A stretch of 64,000 nucleotides of DNA from Pirellulales bacterium (GCA_963733035.1 CAVTBU010000005.1:608001-672000); one strand, 5' to 3'. Positions 23,389 through 34,390 are shown, counted from the first letter of the stretch. Notes: a model not told the origin generated them from the letters alone. Program-made: numbers and translations.

Positions 23389-24245
23389 AACGTAAAACAC
23401 TCCGCGGTTTCACGCTGGTGGAATTGCTGGTCGTGATTGCCATCATTGGCGTGATGATCGCCATGACCTTGCCGGCCCTGATGGCTAGTCGAGAGGCCGG
23501 CCGTCGCAACATGTGTGCCGCTAATCTGGCTCAAGTGCTGCTGGCGCTGCAAGGCTACGAGAACTCGTACGAATTGTATCCCGCGGGAGTGGTTAACCCC
23601 GATGGCCCGATTCGCAATGAAGCGAAGGGCCTGCATCAAGGTTGGATCATTCAGACGCTCCCATATCTCGATGAGCAAGTCGTCTACGATAAAATCAAAT
23701 TCGATGAAAGCGTCTACGCGAAAGCAAACGAAGACGTACGGGCCTATTGGCCGAAAGTGCTGATTTGTCCGTCGGAGCCGAACGACGTGCCGGGAGCGTC
23801 GAATTATGCCGGTTGTCACAACGACGTCGAAGCCCCCATCGACACCGACAATCACGGCGTGTTGTTCTTGAACAGCCAAATTCGCCGCGACGACGTCAGC
23901 GACGGCCTGTCGCACACCCTGTTTGTCAGTGAGAAGAGAGTTTTCGATGGCGATTTGGGGTGGATGTCGGGCACTCGTGCCACGCTTCGCAACACGGGCG
24001 AGCGACTGAATGACTCGCGCGACGAAGCGACTGGCAACAGCGCGCCGTCGGATATCGCGGGAGATGCCAACGCCGTGCTGCTCTACGTTGGTGGCTTCGC
24101 CAGCGCGCATCCCAGCGGGGCGAATGCCGGCTTCGGCGACGGTCGTGTGGAATTCGTCGCCGGCGATATCGACCCGAAGCTCTGGCAGCAACTGGGAAAT
24201 CGCTCCGACGGTGATTTGCCCGCGTTTCGAGCACCCACGCCCTGA
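23385..24245 (+). CDS. DUF1559 prepilin-like protein (planctomycete)
   Basis: RG|FTLVELLVVIAIIG, REAGRRNMC..NL, CPS, DGLSHT and SAHPSGAN..FGDG motifs. Confidence 0.93.
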   Translation: MKRKTLRGFTLVELLVVIAIIGVMIAMTLPALMASREAGRRNMCAANLAQVLLALQGYENSYELYPAGVVNPDGPIRNEAKGLHQGWIIQTLPYLDEQVVYDKIKFDESVYAKANEDVRAYWPKVLICPSEPNDVPGASNYAGCHNDVEAPIDTDNHGVLFLNSQIRRDDVSDGLSHTLFVSEKRVFDGDLGWMSGTRATLRNTGERLNDSRDEATGNSAPSDIAGDANAVLLYVGGFASAHPSGANAGFGDGRVEFVAGDIDPKLWQQLGNRSDGDLPAFRAPTP

Positions 24246-24362
24246 CGGCATAACAAGCTAAGTTTCCTTGACTTACAGAGCCGAGCTCATTAGCCTAAGA
24301 CTCGTCACCTTGCTCCTCCCCCATCACTACAAACAGGCACGCTGCACGGTGAGGAAGTCTCT

Positions 24363-25280
24363 GTGGAATTGGCTCTACTGGCGGTTGTCTTGGCCGGAGT
24401 CGTCCTGGTCGTCACCCGCGAATTCGTTCCCACGCTCGCCCGTTTTCGACTCGTCCTGGCATTCCTCTCGAGCGTCATTCTTGTCGGGCTCTTCCTGGCC
24501 GGGGGCCTGCTCTCGGCCGCCGAAGAAGATCGCCCGCGCAAAGCTGCCGCGGGCCGGGCTGAGGTCAAGCCGGCCGTCAAAAAGTTAGTGAAGCCCGAGA
24601 ACTGGCCGAAAGACCACCCCCTACCGCTGGTCGGCTCCAATTGCGCTGCATGTCATTTGACGGCGGGACGCGAGTTGACAGCCGCCGTCGTCAACTTTGT
24701 CCGCAGCGCGCACGACGTACAGGAGATGACCTGCTACGACTGCCATGGTGGAAATACGGTTGACGACGTAAAGGCTCACGAAGAGGCCTCGGACTTCATC
24801 GGCACCAAGAAGAGCGCCCACATCGCCACGTGCAGCGAGTGCCATAGCGATGCCGCGGAAGTGCTCGCTGGCGGTCCACATCATTGGGACTTTAGCACGC
24901 GGATTAACACCGAATATCCTCTCTGTTTCGACTGCCATGGGAACCACGACATCGGCAACGTGCCGGCCGACTTCAAATTGGAAGCCATGTGTGGCGATTG
25001 CCACGAGAACGCCGAACAGGACTTCCCCCATCTGCTTTCGGTCGTCAAACAGAATGACCGTTTATGGGAAGCCATGGGCAAGGTTCGCCGTCGTTGTATC
25101 CAAGCAGTGAACCCGCTCCCCGAGAAGTTTCAAGCAGACGTGGCCAAGTTGCGTAGCCAGACCATGACGCTGGTGCACACCTCGAATGAGATTTCCCCAA
25201 AAGAAGCCTCGGACTTGAATCAGCGGGTGGAAACGCTGCGTGGTCAAATGGAGAAATGGCTGCAAGCTCATCCCGACTAG
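24363..25280 (+). CDS. Pentaheme c-type cytochrome with N-terminal hydrophobic segments
   Basis: Five CxxCH (CAACH, CYDCH, CSECH, CFDCH, CGDCH); GAGG RBS before GTG; helical C-terminus. Confidence 0.88.
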   Translation: MELALLAVVLAGVVLVVTREFVPTLARFRLVLAFLSSVILVGLFLAGGLLSAAEEDRPRKAAAGRAEVKPAVKKLVKPENWPKDHPLPLVGSNCAACHLTAGRELTAAVVNFVRSAHDVQEMTCYDCHGGNTVDDVKAHEEASDFIGTKKSAHIATCSECHSDAAEVLAGGPHHWDFSTRINTEYPLCFDCHGNHDIGNVPADFKLEAMCGDCHENAEQDFPHLLSVVKQNDRLWEAMGKVRRRCIQAVNPLPEKFQADVAKLRSQTMTLVHTSNEISPKEASDLNQRVETLRGQMEKWLQAHPD

Positions 25281-25357
25281 TAGTGAAGGCGCGATGGGAA
25301 GCGGCCGAATCAGGAAGACCAATCAATCAACTTTTAAGAATCTGCGAGGGCTCGATC

Positions 25358-26539
25358 ATGTCGCATTCGCATCTTTGCCCGCACCGTCGCCGTTTTTTAC
25401 GTCAGGCCGGTAGCGCGTCGCTGGCCGCTGCAGGACTTTCCACCGGATTGCTGCTGCCGAAACTGGCCTTCGGTGAAGACCATCCAGCCGGTCCCGCGAG
25501 TGCCGAGGTAGGGATTGCTCGTGGTTCAAACATGGAAGAAGCTGTTCGCCGCGCCGTGGATCTGGCCGGTGGCATGGACTTCATCAAAGAGGGCCAAACG
25601 GTACTTATTAAGCCAAATGTGACGGGGGCGGTCCCCAACCCGACCACTACCAGCCCCGAGGTGCTCTATGCCACGATCAAACTCGCGGCCGAACGAGGCC
25701 CCAAGCGAATCATCGTCGCCGATCGCAGCTTCTCGCCGGTATTCGACACGAAGACCCCCAAGACGGTTGACGTCATGAAAAAGGTCGGGCAGATCGACGC
25801 AGTGGAACAGGCCAAGAGCGACATCAAGGCTCCGGTCGTGGCCGTCGGGCTGGAGGATTGCGAGGACGAACTTGAACGACTTGGGAGAAAAGGCACCGAG
25901 ATGTGGCGAAGGGTCAAGCCTGAGAAAGCGGAGAACTGGCCCAACGGATTCGAAATGGCCGAATTGTTGTTTGCCGTCGATCACGTAATCAACGTGCCAG
26001 TGATCAAGACCCACTTTCAGGCCTGGTTCACGATGTCGATGAAGGCCTTCGTCGGCATGAGCCATCATCGCACTCGCCGCGAGTTCCATACGGCGTTCAA
26101 GGGCGACAGCAATTTGTTCAACCAGAAGGCCTCAGGAAGTCGTCGGCGTCTGGGACCTGCGGGTCGCACGCAGGACATTGCCGAGGCCGAACCGCTGGTT
26201 AACCGCGTGGCAGAACTGAACCTGGGTATCACACCGGCTTTGAACATTCTTGACGGCACGAAGAGCTTTGTGTTCGGCGGCCCTTCGCACGGTGATACGG
26301 TCGACCCGAATCTGATTGTGGCCAGCCGCGATCGCGTGGCCGCAGATGCCACCGGCGTGGCCGTGCTGAAGCGCTATGGAACCGAGCGACGCCTACAGCG
26401 CTATTCCGTGTGGGAAAACCCGTTTATCAAACACGGTATCGCGATCGGCCTGGGCATTGAGGGTCGAGAAAAGCTGAACCTCAAGCACGCCGGTATTGAC
26501 AGCAAGGAAATGGAACTTATTAGTGAGATGCTGGCCTGA
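25358..26539 (+). CDS. Tat-exported DUF362 protein
   Basis: RRRFL leader; VLIKPN, TTSPEV, INVPVIKTH, TMSMK and SRDRVAADA. Confidence 0.88.
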   Translation: MSHSHLCPHRRRFLRQAGSASLAAAGLSTGLLLPKLAFGEDHPAGPASAEVGIARGSNMEEAVRRAVDLAGGMDFIKEGQTVLIKPNVTGAVPNPTTTSPEVLYATIKLAAERGPKRIIVADRSFSPVFDTKTPKTVDVMKKVGQIDAVEQAKSDIKAPVVAVGLEDCEDELERLGRKGTEMWRRVKPEKAENWPNGFEMAELLFAVDHVINVPVIKTHFQAWFTMSMKAFVGMSHHRTRREFHTAFKGDSNLFNQKASGSRRRLGPAGRTQDIAEAEPLVNRVAELNLGITPALNILDGTKSFVFGGPSHGDTVDPNLIVASRDRVAADATGVAVLKRYGTERRLQRYSVWENPFIKHGIAIGLGIEGREKLNLKHAGIDSKEMELISEMLA

Positions 26540-26587
26540 CATACAGTCGTTCTGCCGAACCACCACACCCTGCCTCAGGAGTTGGCG

Positions 26588-27936
26588 ATGACGTGGCACA
26601 CTTGGCGAGCAACCTTGAAGTTCATCGTTGTTTTGGTTGCCTCTTTTTGGGGCTCGGCCGTGTTGGCGGCCGCACGACCGAACCTTGTGTTAGTGATGAT
26701 TGACGACTTCGGTTATGAGTGCGTAGCCGCCGATGGCGGCACCTCATACCGCACGCCCATCCTGGACAAACTGGCCGCTGGTGGTGCACGGGGATTGCGT
26801 TGTCATGTTCAACCATTATGCACGCCCACACGCGCGAATTGATGACCGGACAGTACAACGTCAGGAACTACACGCACTTTGGGCACCTCGATCCCGGGCA
26901 AATCACCTTCGGGAATCTTTTTCGGAACGCTGGCTACACCACCTGTATTGCCGGCAAGTGGCAATTGGGACGCGACATGACGTTGCCTGAGCACTTTGGG
27001 TTCGACCGGTACTGCCTCTGGCAACTCGACCGCCGCCCACCACGTTACGCCAATGCCGGCTTGGAAATCGACGGTAAGCACGTCGATCTAAGTGGGGGGA
27101 AGTACGGTCCTGACATCGTAAACGAATACGCTCGCCAGTTCATTGCCAGCCACAAAGATCAGCCGTTCCTTCTCTACTACCCGATGATCCTTACTCACGC
27201 GCCATTCCAACCAACGCCCGACAGCCCGGATTGGGACCCGAAGACATCCAACGAACGCTCGCAGCAAAGTCCTGTGCATTTCGCCGATATGGTGACCTAC
27301 GCCGACAAGCTGATCGGCAAACTGGTGGCCGCGTTGGACGAAAACGGAGTGCGCGACAACACTTTATTGATCGTAATCGGCGACAACGGCACAACGCGAG
27401 GCGTCAAATCGAAACTGGGAGATCGGGTTGTCATCGGAGGCAAAGGATCGAGCAAGGATGCCGGCACGCACGTCCCCTTGATCGCCAATTGGCCCGGTGT
27501 GATACCCGATGGTCTGGTACTCGACGATTTGATCGACAGCACCGACTTTCTGCCAACAATCTGCGAGGCCGCCGACGTTGACGTCTCGAGCAACCAATCG
27601 CTTGACGGCCGTAGTTTTCTACCGCAATTGCGTGGAGAACAGGGCAACCCGCGGGAGTGGGTTTATTGCTGGTACGCCCGCGATGGCGGTGACCAGCCAA
27701 CGTTTGAATTTGCCATGAACAAGCGTTACAAACTCTATCGCGATGGTCAAATCTATGACCTTGCCGAGGACCTTGCCGAACGACAACCGCTTGAGCCCGC
27801 CCATCTGTCCCCGCAGGCCACCGAAGCGAAGGAAAAGCTCGCTCGCGTAATGCATCAATTCAAAGGTGCCCGGCCAGCAGCAATTGCGGCGCAACATGAA
27901 CTGGGAAGACGCAACAAACCCACTTCGACCGAGTGA
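26588..27936 (+). CDS. Secreted sulfatase (frameshift at ~26835)
   Basis: [21 protein letters not shown] across the junction, GKWQL, HAPF, GDNG and GGKG. Confidence 0.9.
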
Positions 27937-27958
27937 CGCCGCTGGAAACGACTGCCTG

Positions 27959-28670
27959 TTATTCCGCGATGCTGTACGTATCCGTGACGTGCGCGGAAAT
28001 CGACCGTTCACCTGGGGCAATTGGAACTTCGGCGGCAGCCGCGACTCCGCGCATCGGTTGGGCAAACATGGGTCGCGGCACCGATGCGGACTGCTCTTGA
28101 ATCAGTTGGGGCTTGCCGAGTTTCAGACCGGCGGCGTTGGCGTACAACTCCGCACGATGCTTGGCATCACCAATCGCCTCGCGGCGTGCCTGGTCCCAGT
28201 GCGGCTTCGGATTGGCGACCGAGAAGCTGACGCCTTGGATCTGGTTGCTACCGGCCTGAACGAGCGCGTCAAGAATTGCGCCGATGCGGGAAACCTCCAG
28301 CATCTTAACGCTAACTTGATTTGTCACTGTGTAACCAACGACTTTCAGCGGCTGCTTGCCGTCTCGATCGTAGACCTGCTGCGGGCTGACGTGGAAATGC
28401 GCCGTCTGCACGCGTTTGTCGGAGACGTCATGAGCACGAAGAGTTTTTATTAGCTCGGCCATTCGCTCGTAGTTCGCCGTGACTGCTTCGGCCGCAGTTT
28501 TCGCCTATGTGGTTACACCCACCGTCACGTTCACCTGATCGGGCGCCACCTGAACCTCCCCTTCGCCGACGACGCTTATCGAAGGTACCAGTGACACTCG
28601 CTCCTCCGCCCGCGCCGCGCCCGACAATGAAACCAAAGACCATCGTACAAAACAGCAGCGAACGACACAT
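27959..28670 (-). pseudogene. SIMPL/DUF541 periplasmic protein, interrupted by a frameshift (~28615) and an in-frame TAG (28505-28507)
   Basis: Signal peptide from ATG 28670; then ISVVGEGEVQVAPDQVNVTVGVTT*AKTA...GYTVTNQVSV...AR.EAI.DAK.RA..YA...PIAPGE. Confidence 0.75.
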
Positions 28671-28824
28671 GGTTGGTAACTCCGCGTCGGTCGCCGGCGG
28701 CTCGCTCGAGTCCGCTCAACCGACTGGCAAACAGCCAGGCAGCGTTGGCAGGCGTGCCCTCGCTAGATCTGTTACTTGCAACGCCGTACGACGCAACGGT
28801 ACGCGGACCACATCGCGTACCATC

Positions 28825-29943
28825 CTAAACCAGCCGGTGCCGAAACATCCAGGTGGCTCCCGAGAGCGTGATGGTCGCGATCACGGCTAGTGGCCAATAG
28901 TCACTCACCAGATCGTGAATACCGGCTCCTTCCAGGTACGTCCGATGTGTCAGATCGATGGCATATCGTAATGGATTGATAAGCGTGAACGTTTGCAAAA
29001 GTTTGGGCATCGAACTTATTGGCGTGGTAAAGCCCGAGAGCAGCGTGAACGGCAGCACCAACACGAACGTGAATAGCAGTGCCTGTTGCATCGTGGCCAC
29101 GACCGATGAAATCAGAAGGCCGATGCCGACCGCCGCCAATAGGAACAGAGTAAATCCGACATAGAGCGTCGCGAAGGATCCTGCAAACGGAATGTGAAAC
29201 CAAAGCTGAGCCACAAGCAGGATTGTAGTGGCTTGCACCATGCCAATTAGAATCGACGGCAATGCCTTGCCGGCCAGCAATTCAAAGGGTCGAATAGGTG
29301 TGACCAGTGTTTGGTCGAAAGTGCCATTCTCCCGTTCGCGGGCCACCGACAATGCCGTCAGCAAAAGAGTCTGCAGCATCGTCAGCGTGCCAATCATGGC
29401 GGGCACCATGTTCCAGCGAGTCTCCAGATTTGGATTGTACCAGGCTCGCATTTCCACTTGAACGGGCATAGCGGGCAAGCCATGTGTGCTTCTCCAGTCC
29501 GAGTTGAAACCCTGCACGATGGCGTCAACGTAGCTAAGGGCAGTGCCAGCGGTATTTGAGTTGCGACCATCGGCAATGACCTGCACGTCAGACATTTCAC
29601 CGAGCTGCAGTCGACGCTCGAAATCGGCGTCGATCTGAAAGACGAGGAGCGCTTTTCGCTGATCGATATAACGCTGGATGTCGGCCGCCTGCTCCAGATC
29701 GGCCACGCGGCGAAAGATCTGCGATCCGTCGAGCCGCGCCAGCAATTCCTGTGACGCTGGGCTGCGATCCCGGTCGAGCACGGCATAGGGAACATGGCTC
29801 AGGTTAAAGGTCGCGGCATAGCCGAACACCAGGCATTGCATCATCGGTGGCACAAATAGCGTAAAGCGTCCGCGGGGATCCTTGACATTGGTTAGTAATT
29901 CCTTGAGCGTAAGCGACAGCACCCGGGCGAGAGATTCGAACAT
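28825..29943 (-). CDS. ABC-2 type permease, YbhR-like
   Basis: FGYAATF, DGRNSNTA, WYNPNL, ARERENGT and LSGFTTPISSMP. Confidence 0.9.
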   Translation of the reverse strand: MFESLARVLSLTLKELLTNVKDPRGRFTLFVPPMMQCLVFGYAATFNLSHVPYAVLDRDRSPASQELLARLDGSQIFRRVADLEQAADIQRYIDQRKALLVFQIDADFERRLQLGEMSDVQVIADGRNSNTAGTALSYVDAIVQGFNSDWRSTHGLPAMPVQVEMRAWYNPNLETRWNMVPAMIGTLTMLQTLLLTALSVARERENGTFDQTLVTPIRPFELLAGKALPSILIGMVQATTILLVAQLWFHIPFAGSFATLYVGFTLFLLAAVGIGLLISSVVATMQQALLFTFVLVLPFTLLSGFTTPISSMPKLLQTFTLINPLRYAIDLTHRTYLEGAGIHDLVSDYWPLAVIATITLSGATWMFRHRLV

Positions 29944-29954
29944 GCAACGATCCT

Positions 29955-32906
29955 CTAGGTCAGTTTCTTTTGCGTCACCAACCGCACGACCGTAAGCAAT
30001 ACCACAGCTATCAGCGCCAGAACCAGGAGGCTGGGTAAGATAACCTGCCAAACGTTCCCGGCCAGAAAGACGGTTTGCAGCACCGCTACGAAATATCGAG
30101 CCGGCACGATGTACGTAATCGCTTGCACGAAGGCGGGCATGTTTCGCAAATCGAACAGAAATCCTGAGAGCATCAGCGCTGGGAGAAACGTGATCAAAAT
30201 CGTGATCTGACTAGCGACGAACTGGCTCTTGACCGCCGTTGAAATCAGTAGCCCCAGGGCTAAGGCCACGACGAGATACAACATTGAACTAGCCGTTAAC
30301 AGCCAAATCGACCCACGCAACGGTACATGAAACAAGAACTTGGCAGTTACGACGCACAAGACGAGGCCGATCATTCCCAAACCGAAGTTAGGAATCGTCT
30401 TGCCCAACAGGATCTCGCCTGCTCGCACGGGAGTCACGAACAAAGCCTCCAGCGTGCCGCGTTCCCACTCGCGGGCCATCACCAATGTGGTCAGGAAGGA
30501 GCCGATCAGCGTCATAATTAGCACGATGAGGCCGGGCACGAGGAAATAGCGACTCTCGTTGGCCGCGTTGAACCAGAGTCGGTCGGCAACGGCAACCGGT
30601 CCTGCGACCGTGACTTGGCCCTGGGCACCGCGACGGGCCGACCAGCGCCCCACCGCCCCCTGAGCGTAGGCCTGGATGATGCGCGCTCGATTGGCGTCGG
30701 TTCCCTGAACCAGAATCTGCACCTTGGCATCACCGAGGCTCAAATCGCGGCCGAAGTCCGACTGGATGCGCACGATCGCATCCACTTTCCGCGCCCGCAT
30801 CATTCGCCTTGCCTCGGGCATGGCCGTCGTGGTTACCGGCTCAAAATATGGCGATAACTCAAATCCAGCCGCTAAGTCGATGGCATCTGGCGAGGGCTCC
30901 TCCATCACCACTGCCAGCGGAATGTTCCTGACGTCGAGCGACAGTCCATAGCCGAAGAGTAAGATCAGGATTACTGGCAACACAATGCCGATCGCAATGC
31001 TACTGGCGTCGCGCACCATTTGTCGCGATTCCTTTTTAACCAGTGCCCAAACGCGGCGGCCCTTGGGACGCATCCAGTCGGGATGCGAACCGAAGTCAAC
31101 CGGTAGCGGTGTTTTGGCTTGCTTCAACTGTTCTTCATTACCGTTCGACGAACCGCGACGCGCTTTTTCGACAATCGCGATGAACGCGTCCTCCATCGTC
31201 GACTCGCTGTTGATCGACCTTTCAGCCTGCGATCTCAACTCTCCGGGCGTGCCCTGCGCTAGGATTCTACCGGCATCAAGAATTGCCACGCGATCGCAGT
31301 ACTCGGCCTCTTCCATAAAGTGTGTGGTGACGATGACCGTCACGCCCTGCGCAGCCAACGCCGTAATCCTCTGCCAGAATTCGCGCCGCGCTAGCGGGTC
31401 TACGCCGCTTGTAGGTTCATCGAGAAATAAAATCGCTGGTTCATGTACCAATGCCACGGCCATCGCCAGGCGCTGTTTGTAACCGCCCGGAAGTTGACCG
31501 CTCGGAAGATTTGCAAACGGCTGAAGCTCAAATTGTTCCAACGCCCAGTGAACTCGCTGACGACGCTGTTGTCCGCGGAGACCATAGGCCCCACAGAAGA
31601 ACTCCAGATTCTCGACAACGGTCAACTGCGCATAGAGCGAGAACTTTTGGGCAACGTAACCGATTCGTTGGCGCGCCGAAGCCCGCGCCAATCTCAAGTC
31701 GACGCCAGCGACTCGCAACGTTCCGCTCGTTGCCGGCAACAGACCACAGAGCATTCGAAAGGTAGTCGTCTTGCCCGCACCGTTTGGTCCCAACAACCCA
31801 TACACTTCGCCCTGCCGCACTTCGAAGCTGAGATGATCGACGGCCGTAAAATTACCAAACTGCCGAACCAGATCATGCACCTCGACAACGGCGCCGTTCT
31901 CCAAGTTCTGGGGTGGCCGGGCAAGTTGCAATTCGTGCCCCGCTGTCGCGGCTGCGGTAGACGTGTGCAGCAATATCATGAAACCGTCTTCAAACTTCGG
32001 TGTGGCCGGGATCGGCCAATTCTCGCCGGCAAGTTGTTGCACGGTTGTCTCGACATCCACGTCGCGTCGCAATACGAGCCGAACTTTCCCCCCCTCGGGT
32101 ACCGCATCGATGACCTGCGGTTCATCGAGCAACTGCGCCTGCAATCCGCGCGCGGACTGTTTGGCCTGGGGCTGCAAGAGAAAGGTCCGGTCCGCCGCCA
32201 AGCGGCTTATCTCCTCCGGCGGGCTCTCGGCGAGCACGTGGCCCTCGTGCAAGACGATCGCCTCGTCACACCGCTGGGCTTCGTCGAGATAGGCCGTACT
32301 CAACAGCACGGTTAAGTTTTGTTCACCCGTCAATTGTTGAATAATGGCCCACAGATCCCGGCGCGAAAGTGGATCAACTCCTACCGTCGGCTCGTCCAGT
32401 AACAGCAATTCGGGAGACCGTACGAGCGTGCAAGCCAGTCCCAGCTTCTGCTTCATTCCGCCCGATAGCTGTCCGGCCAGCCGACCGACGAACGGCCCCA
32501 GGGCAGTCATCTCCAGCAATTGTGGGTAACGCTCGCGGCGCTCGGCAATGCTGACGTTGTTGAGGTCCGCATACAGATTCAAGTTCTCTTGCACGCTCAA
32601 ATCTTCATATAGACCGAACCGCTGCGGCATGTAGCCGATACGATCCTGGACTTGCTGTGGATCCGCTGCGACGTTGATCCCCAACACTTCCAATTCGCCG
32701 GAGTCAGCAGACATCAGTCCCGCGGCTAGTCGCAAGAGCGTTGTCTTGCCGGCGCCATCCGGACCGACCAATGCAGTTACTTTTCCCCGCTGCACTTGTA
32801 CCGAAATGTTGTCGAGTGCGCGTACTACTTCACCCGTATTGCGGCGAAACACTTTGAGCAAGTCGCGGGCGACGAGCACCAACGAGTCCGAATGAGGTCC
32901 GTTCAT
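29955..32906 (-). CDS. Fused dual ABC ATPase plus ABC-2 permease (YbhF-YbhS fusion; RbbA-like architecture)
   Basis: Walker A GPDGAGKTT and GPNGAGKTT, LSGGM, DEPT twice; then LFGYGLSLD, AREWERGT and LSGFLFD in one frame. Confidence 0.9.
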   Translation of the reverse strand: MNGPHSDSLVLVARDLLKVFRRNTGEVVRALDNISVQVQRGKVTALVGPDGAGKTTLLRLAAGLMSADSGELEVLGINVAADPQQVQDRIGYMPQRFGLYEDLSVQENLNLYADLNNVSIAERRERYPQLLEMTALGPFVGRLAGQLSGGMKQKLGLACTLVRSPELLLLDEPTVGVDPLSRRDLWAIIQQLTGEQNLTVLLSTAYLDEAQRCDEAIVLHEGHVLAESPPEEISRLAADRTFLLQPQAKQSARGLQAQLLDEPQVIDAVPEGGKVRLVLRRDVDVETTVQQLAGENWPIPATPKFEDGFMILLHTSTAAATAGHELQLARPPQNLENGAVVEVHDLVRQFGNFTAVDHLSFEVRQGEVYGLLGPNGAGKTTTFRMLCGLLPATSGTLRVAGVDLRLARASARQRIGYVAQKFSLYAQLTVVENLEFFCGAYGLRGQQRRQRVHWALEQFELQPFANLPSGQLPGGYKQRLAMAVALVHEPAILFLDEPTSGVDPLARREFWQRITALAAQGVTVIVTTHFMEEAEYCDRVAILDAGRILAQGTPGELRSQAERSINSESTMEDAFIAIVEKARRGSSNGNEEQLKQAKTPLPVDFGSHPDWMRPKGRRVWALVKKESRQMVRDASSIAIGIVLPVILILLFGYGLSLDVRNIPLAVVMEEPSPDAIDLAAGFELSPYFEPVTTTAMPEARRMMRARKVDAIVRIQSDFGRDLSLGDAKVQILVQGTDANRARIIQAYAQGAVGRWSARRGAQGQVTVAGPVAVADRLWFNAANESRYFLVPGLIVLIMTLIGSFLTTLVMAREWERGTLEALFVTPVRAGEILLGKTIPNFGLGMIGLVLCVVTAKFLFHVPLRGSIWLLTASSMLYLVVALALGLLISTAVKSQFVASQITILITFLPALMLSGFLFDLRNMPAFVQAITYIVPARYFVAVLQTVFLAGNVWQVILPSLLVLALIAVVLLTVVRLVTQKKLT

Positions 32907-32916
32907 GGCCGCTTCC

Positions 32917-33984
32917 TCACTCGCCCGCCACTGCGGATGTTTTAGAAGCAGACTCCTTGCTGTCAGCCGACAAACGCTGGTCGGCATTCTCGGCCGAGTG
33001 CAGATAGACGGTGGCTGGCATTCCCAATCGCAACTCATCGTGTGGGTCTTTTACGAAGACCCGCACTTCATACACCAGGCTCGTCCGTAGCTCCTGAGTT
33101 TGCACCGGCTTGGGCGTAAACTCTGCGACCGGCGAGATGAAGCCCACCCAACCGTCGAAGCGGCGTTCTGGGAAGCTGTCGACGCCAATTGTCGCGGACA
33201 TTCCCGGCTTCAACTTTCCCAGATCAGGCTCCGAGACGTACGCCCGAATCCACTTCGGATCGGTAATCGCCAGCTGCAAAACAGGACGTTGCGGTGAGGC
33301 CATCTCGCCAGGTTCCATGATCCGCGTACGGACGACGGCGCCGACGGGCGCTACCAATTGCGCATCCGACAGCTCCTGACGGAGGAACTTCAAATTCGCT
33401 TCGTTAGCGCGAAGTCTCGCTTCGGCTTCGGCAACTTCCTCCTTGCGAGGTCCGGCGACCGCCAATTCAAGAGCCTTTTGATTGACCTCAACGCGGGCCT
33501 CGGCCACTTCCAACGCCGCTTGGACGTTGTCGACTTCCTGGCGACTGACGGCTCCGCCGGAAGATTGCTCGGAAAGCAGCTTCAGACGTTCATACTGTCG
33601 CGCTGCGTTTGCCGCGTCCGCCTGAGCCGATCGTACGTTGGCCTTGGCCTGGGCAATCTCCTCAGGCCGGCTGCCGTTATGCAAACGTTCGACAACCTCA
33701 CGCTGCGCGGCAAGTTCGGCCTCGGCCTGAGCCACCATGGGCTCCAGGCGATTGGTATCGAGCCGCGCCACAACCTGGCCCTTCTCGACGTGGTCGCCTT
33801 CCTGCACGGCAACTTCGAGAATGCGTTGGCTGTTGTTGAATGCCAGGTCGACCTGGCGCAAATCGACATTGCCGTAGAGCTCAAGCACGGCTCCATTGGA
33901 TTGGCGATGCCACCACAACCAACCGGCGACAGCCGCGCCAGCGACCAGCAGGACCAGCACAACTAGAACGACACCCCGCTTCAT
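32917..33984 (-). CDS. HlyD-family membrane fusion protein, YbhG-like
   Basis: N-terminal TM, LYGNVDLRQV, G.RPEEI.QA, ISPVAEFTPK and LRLGMP. Confidence 0.92.
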   Translation of the reverse strand: MKRGVVLVVLVLLVAGAAVAGWLWWHRQSNGAVLELYGNVDLRQVDLAFNNSQRILEVAVQEGDHVEKGQVVARLDTNRLEPMVAQAEAELAAQREVVERLHNGSRPEEIAQAKANVRSAQADAANAARQYERLKLLSEQSSGGAVSRQEVDNVQAALEVAEARVEVNQKALELAVAGPRKEEVAEAEARLRANEANLKFLRQELSDAQLVAPVGAVVRTRIMEPGEMASPQRPVLQLAITDPKWIRAYVSEPDLGKLKPGMSATIGVDSFPERRFDGWVGFISPVAEFTPKPVQTQELRTSLVYEVRVFVKDPHDELRLGMPATVYLHSAENADQRLSADSKESASKTSAVAGE

Positions 33985-34390
33985 GCGTATCCTTTCGCAC
34001 ACCAGTACGGCCCCGCCAGGCGCCTTATCGGCCCAGTTTGGCGACGGCCATTGGCCTGTCCGGATAGTCCCTATGCGCCGCACATCCGGCACAGATTAAC
34101 AGCGTCTGGGAAAGAAATGGCCCCTGCTCGCTCGATGATCAAGGTCGCTTAATGCCGGCTTTGCCGAATTGCCGAAAGGTAGCAATGCGGACGAAAACAC
34201 CGCATGTAACCTTTCCTCCGGCCGCATCGGCCTCATCAGCAACCGATTCTCCGCACGATCCAACGCAAACTCACCGGCAACCCCCTCGCCGGGCATCCAC
34301 TCCCAGCGTCGTAAGCACGGCGAGCTTTTTGTCGCATTTCATTTTACCGCACTCGTCACTCGACGCCTATCGGCCTAACGCGAAACATTC

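Noticed and set aside
22992..24251. 419-aa minus-strand ORF (also 42526..43683, 43969..44991, 63130..63984 and many others)
   Set aside because: Antisense shadows of well-supported genes in GC-rich DNA; no motifs.
28505..28507. Amber readthrough (pyrrolysine or recoding)
   Set aside because: Single instance; TAG is used as a normal stop by many genes here, and no pyl genes are present.
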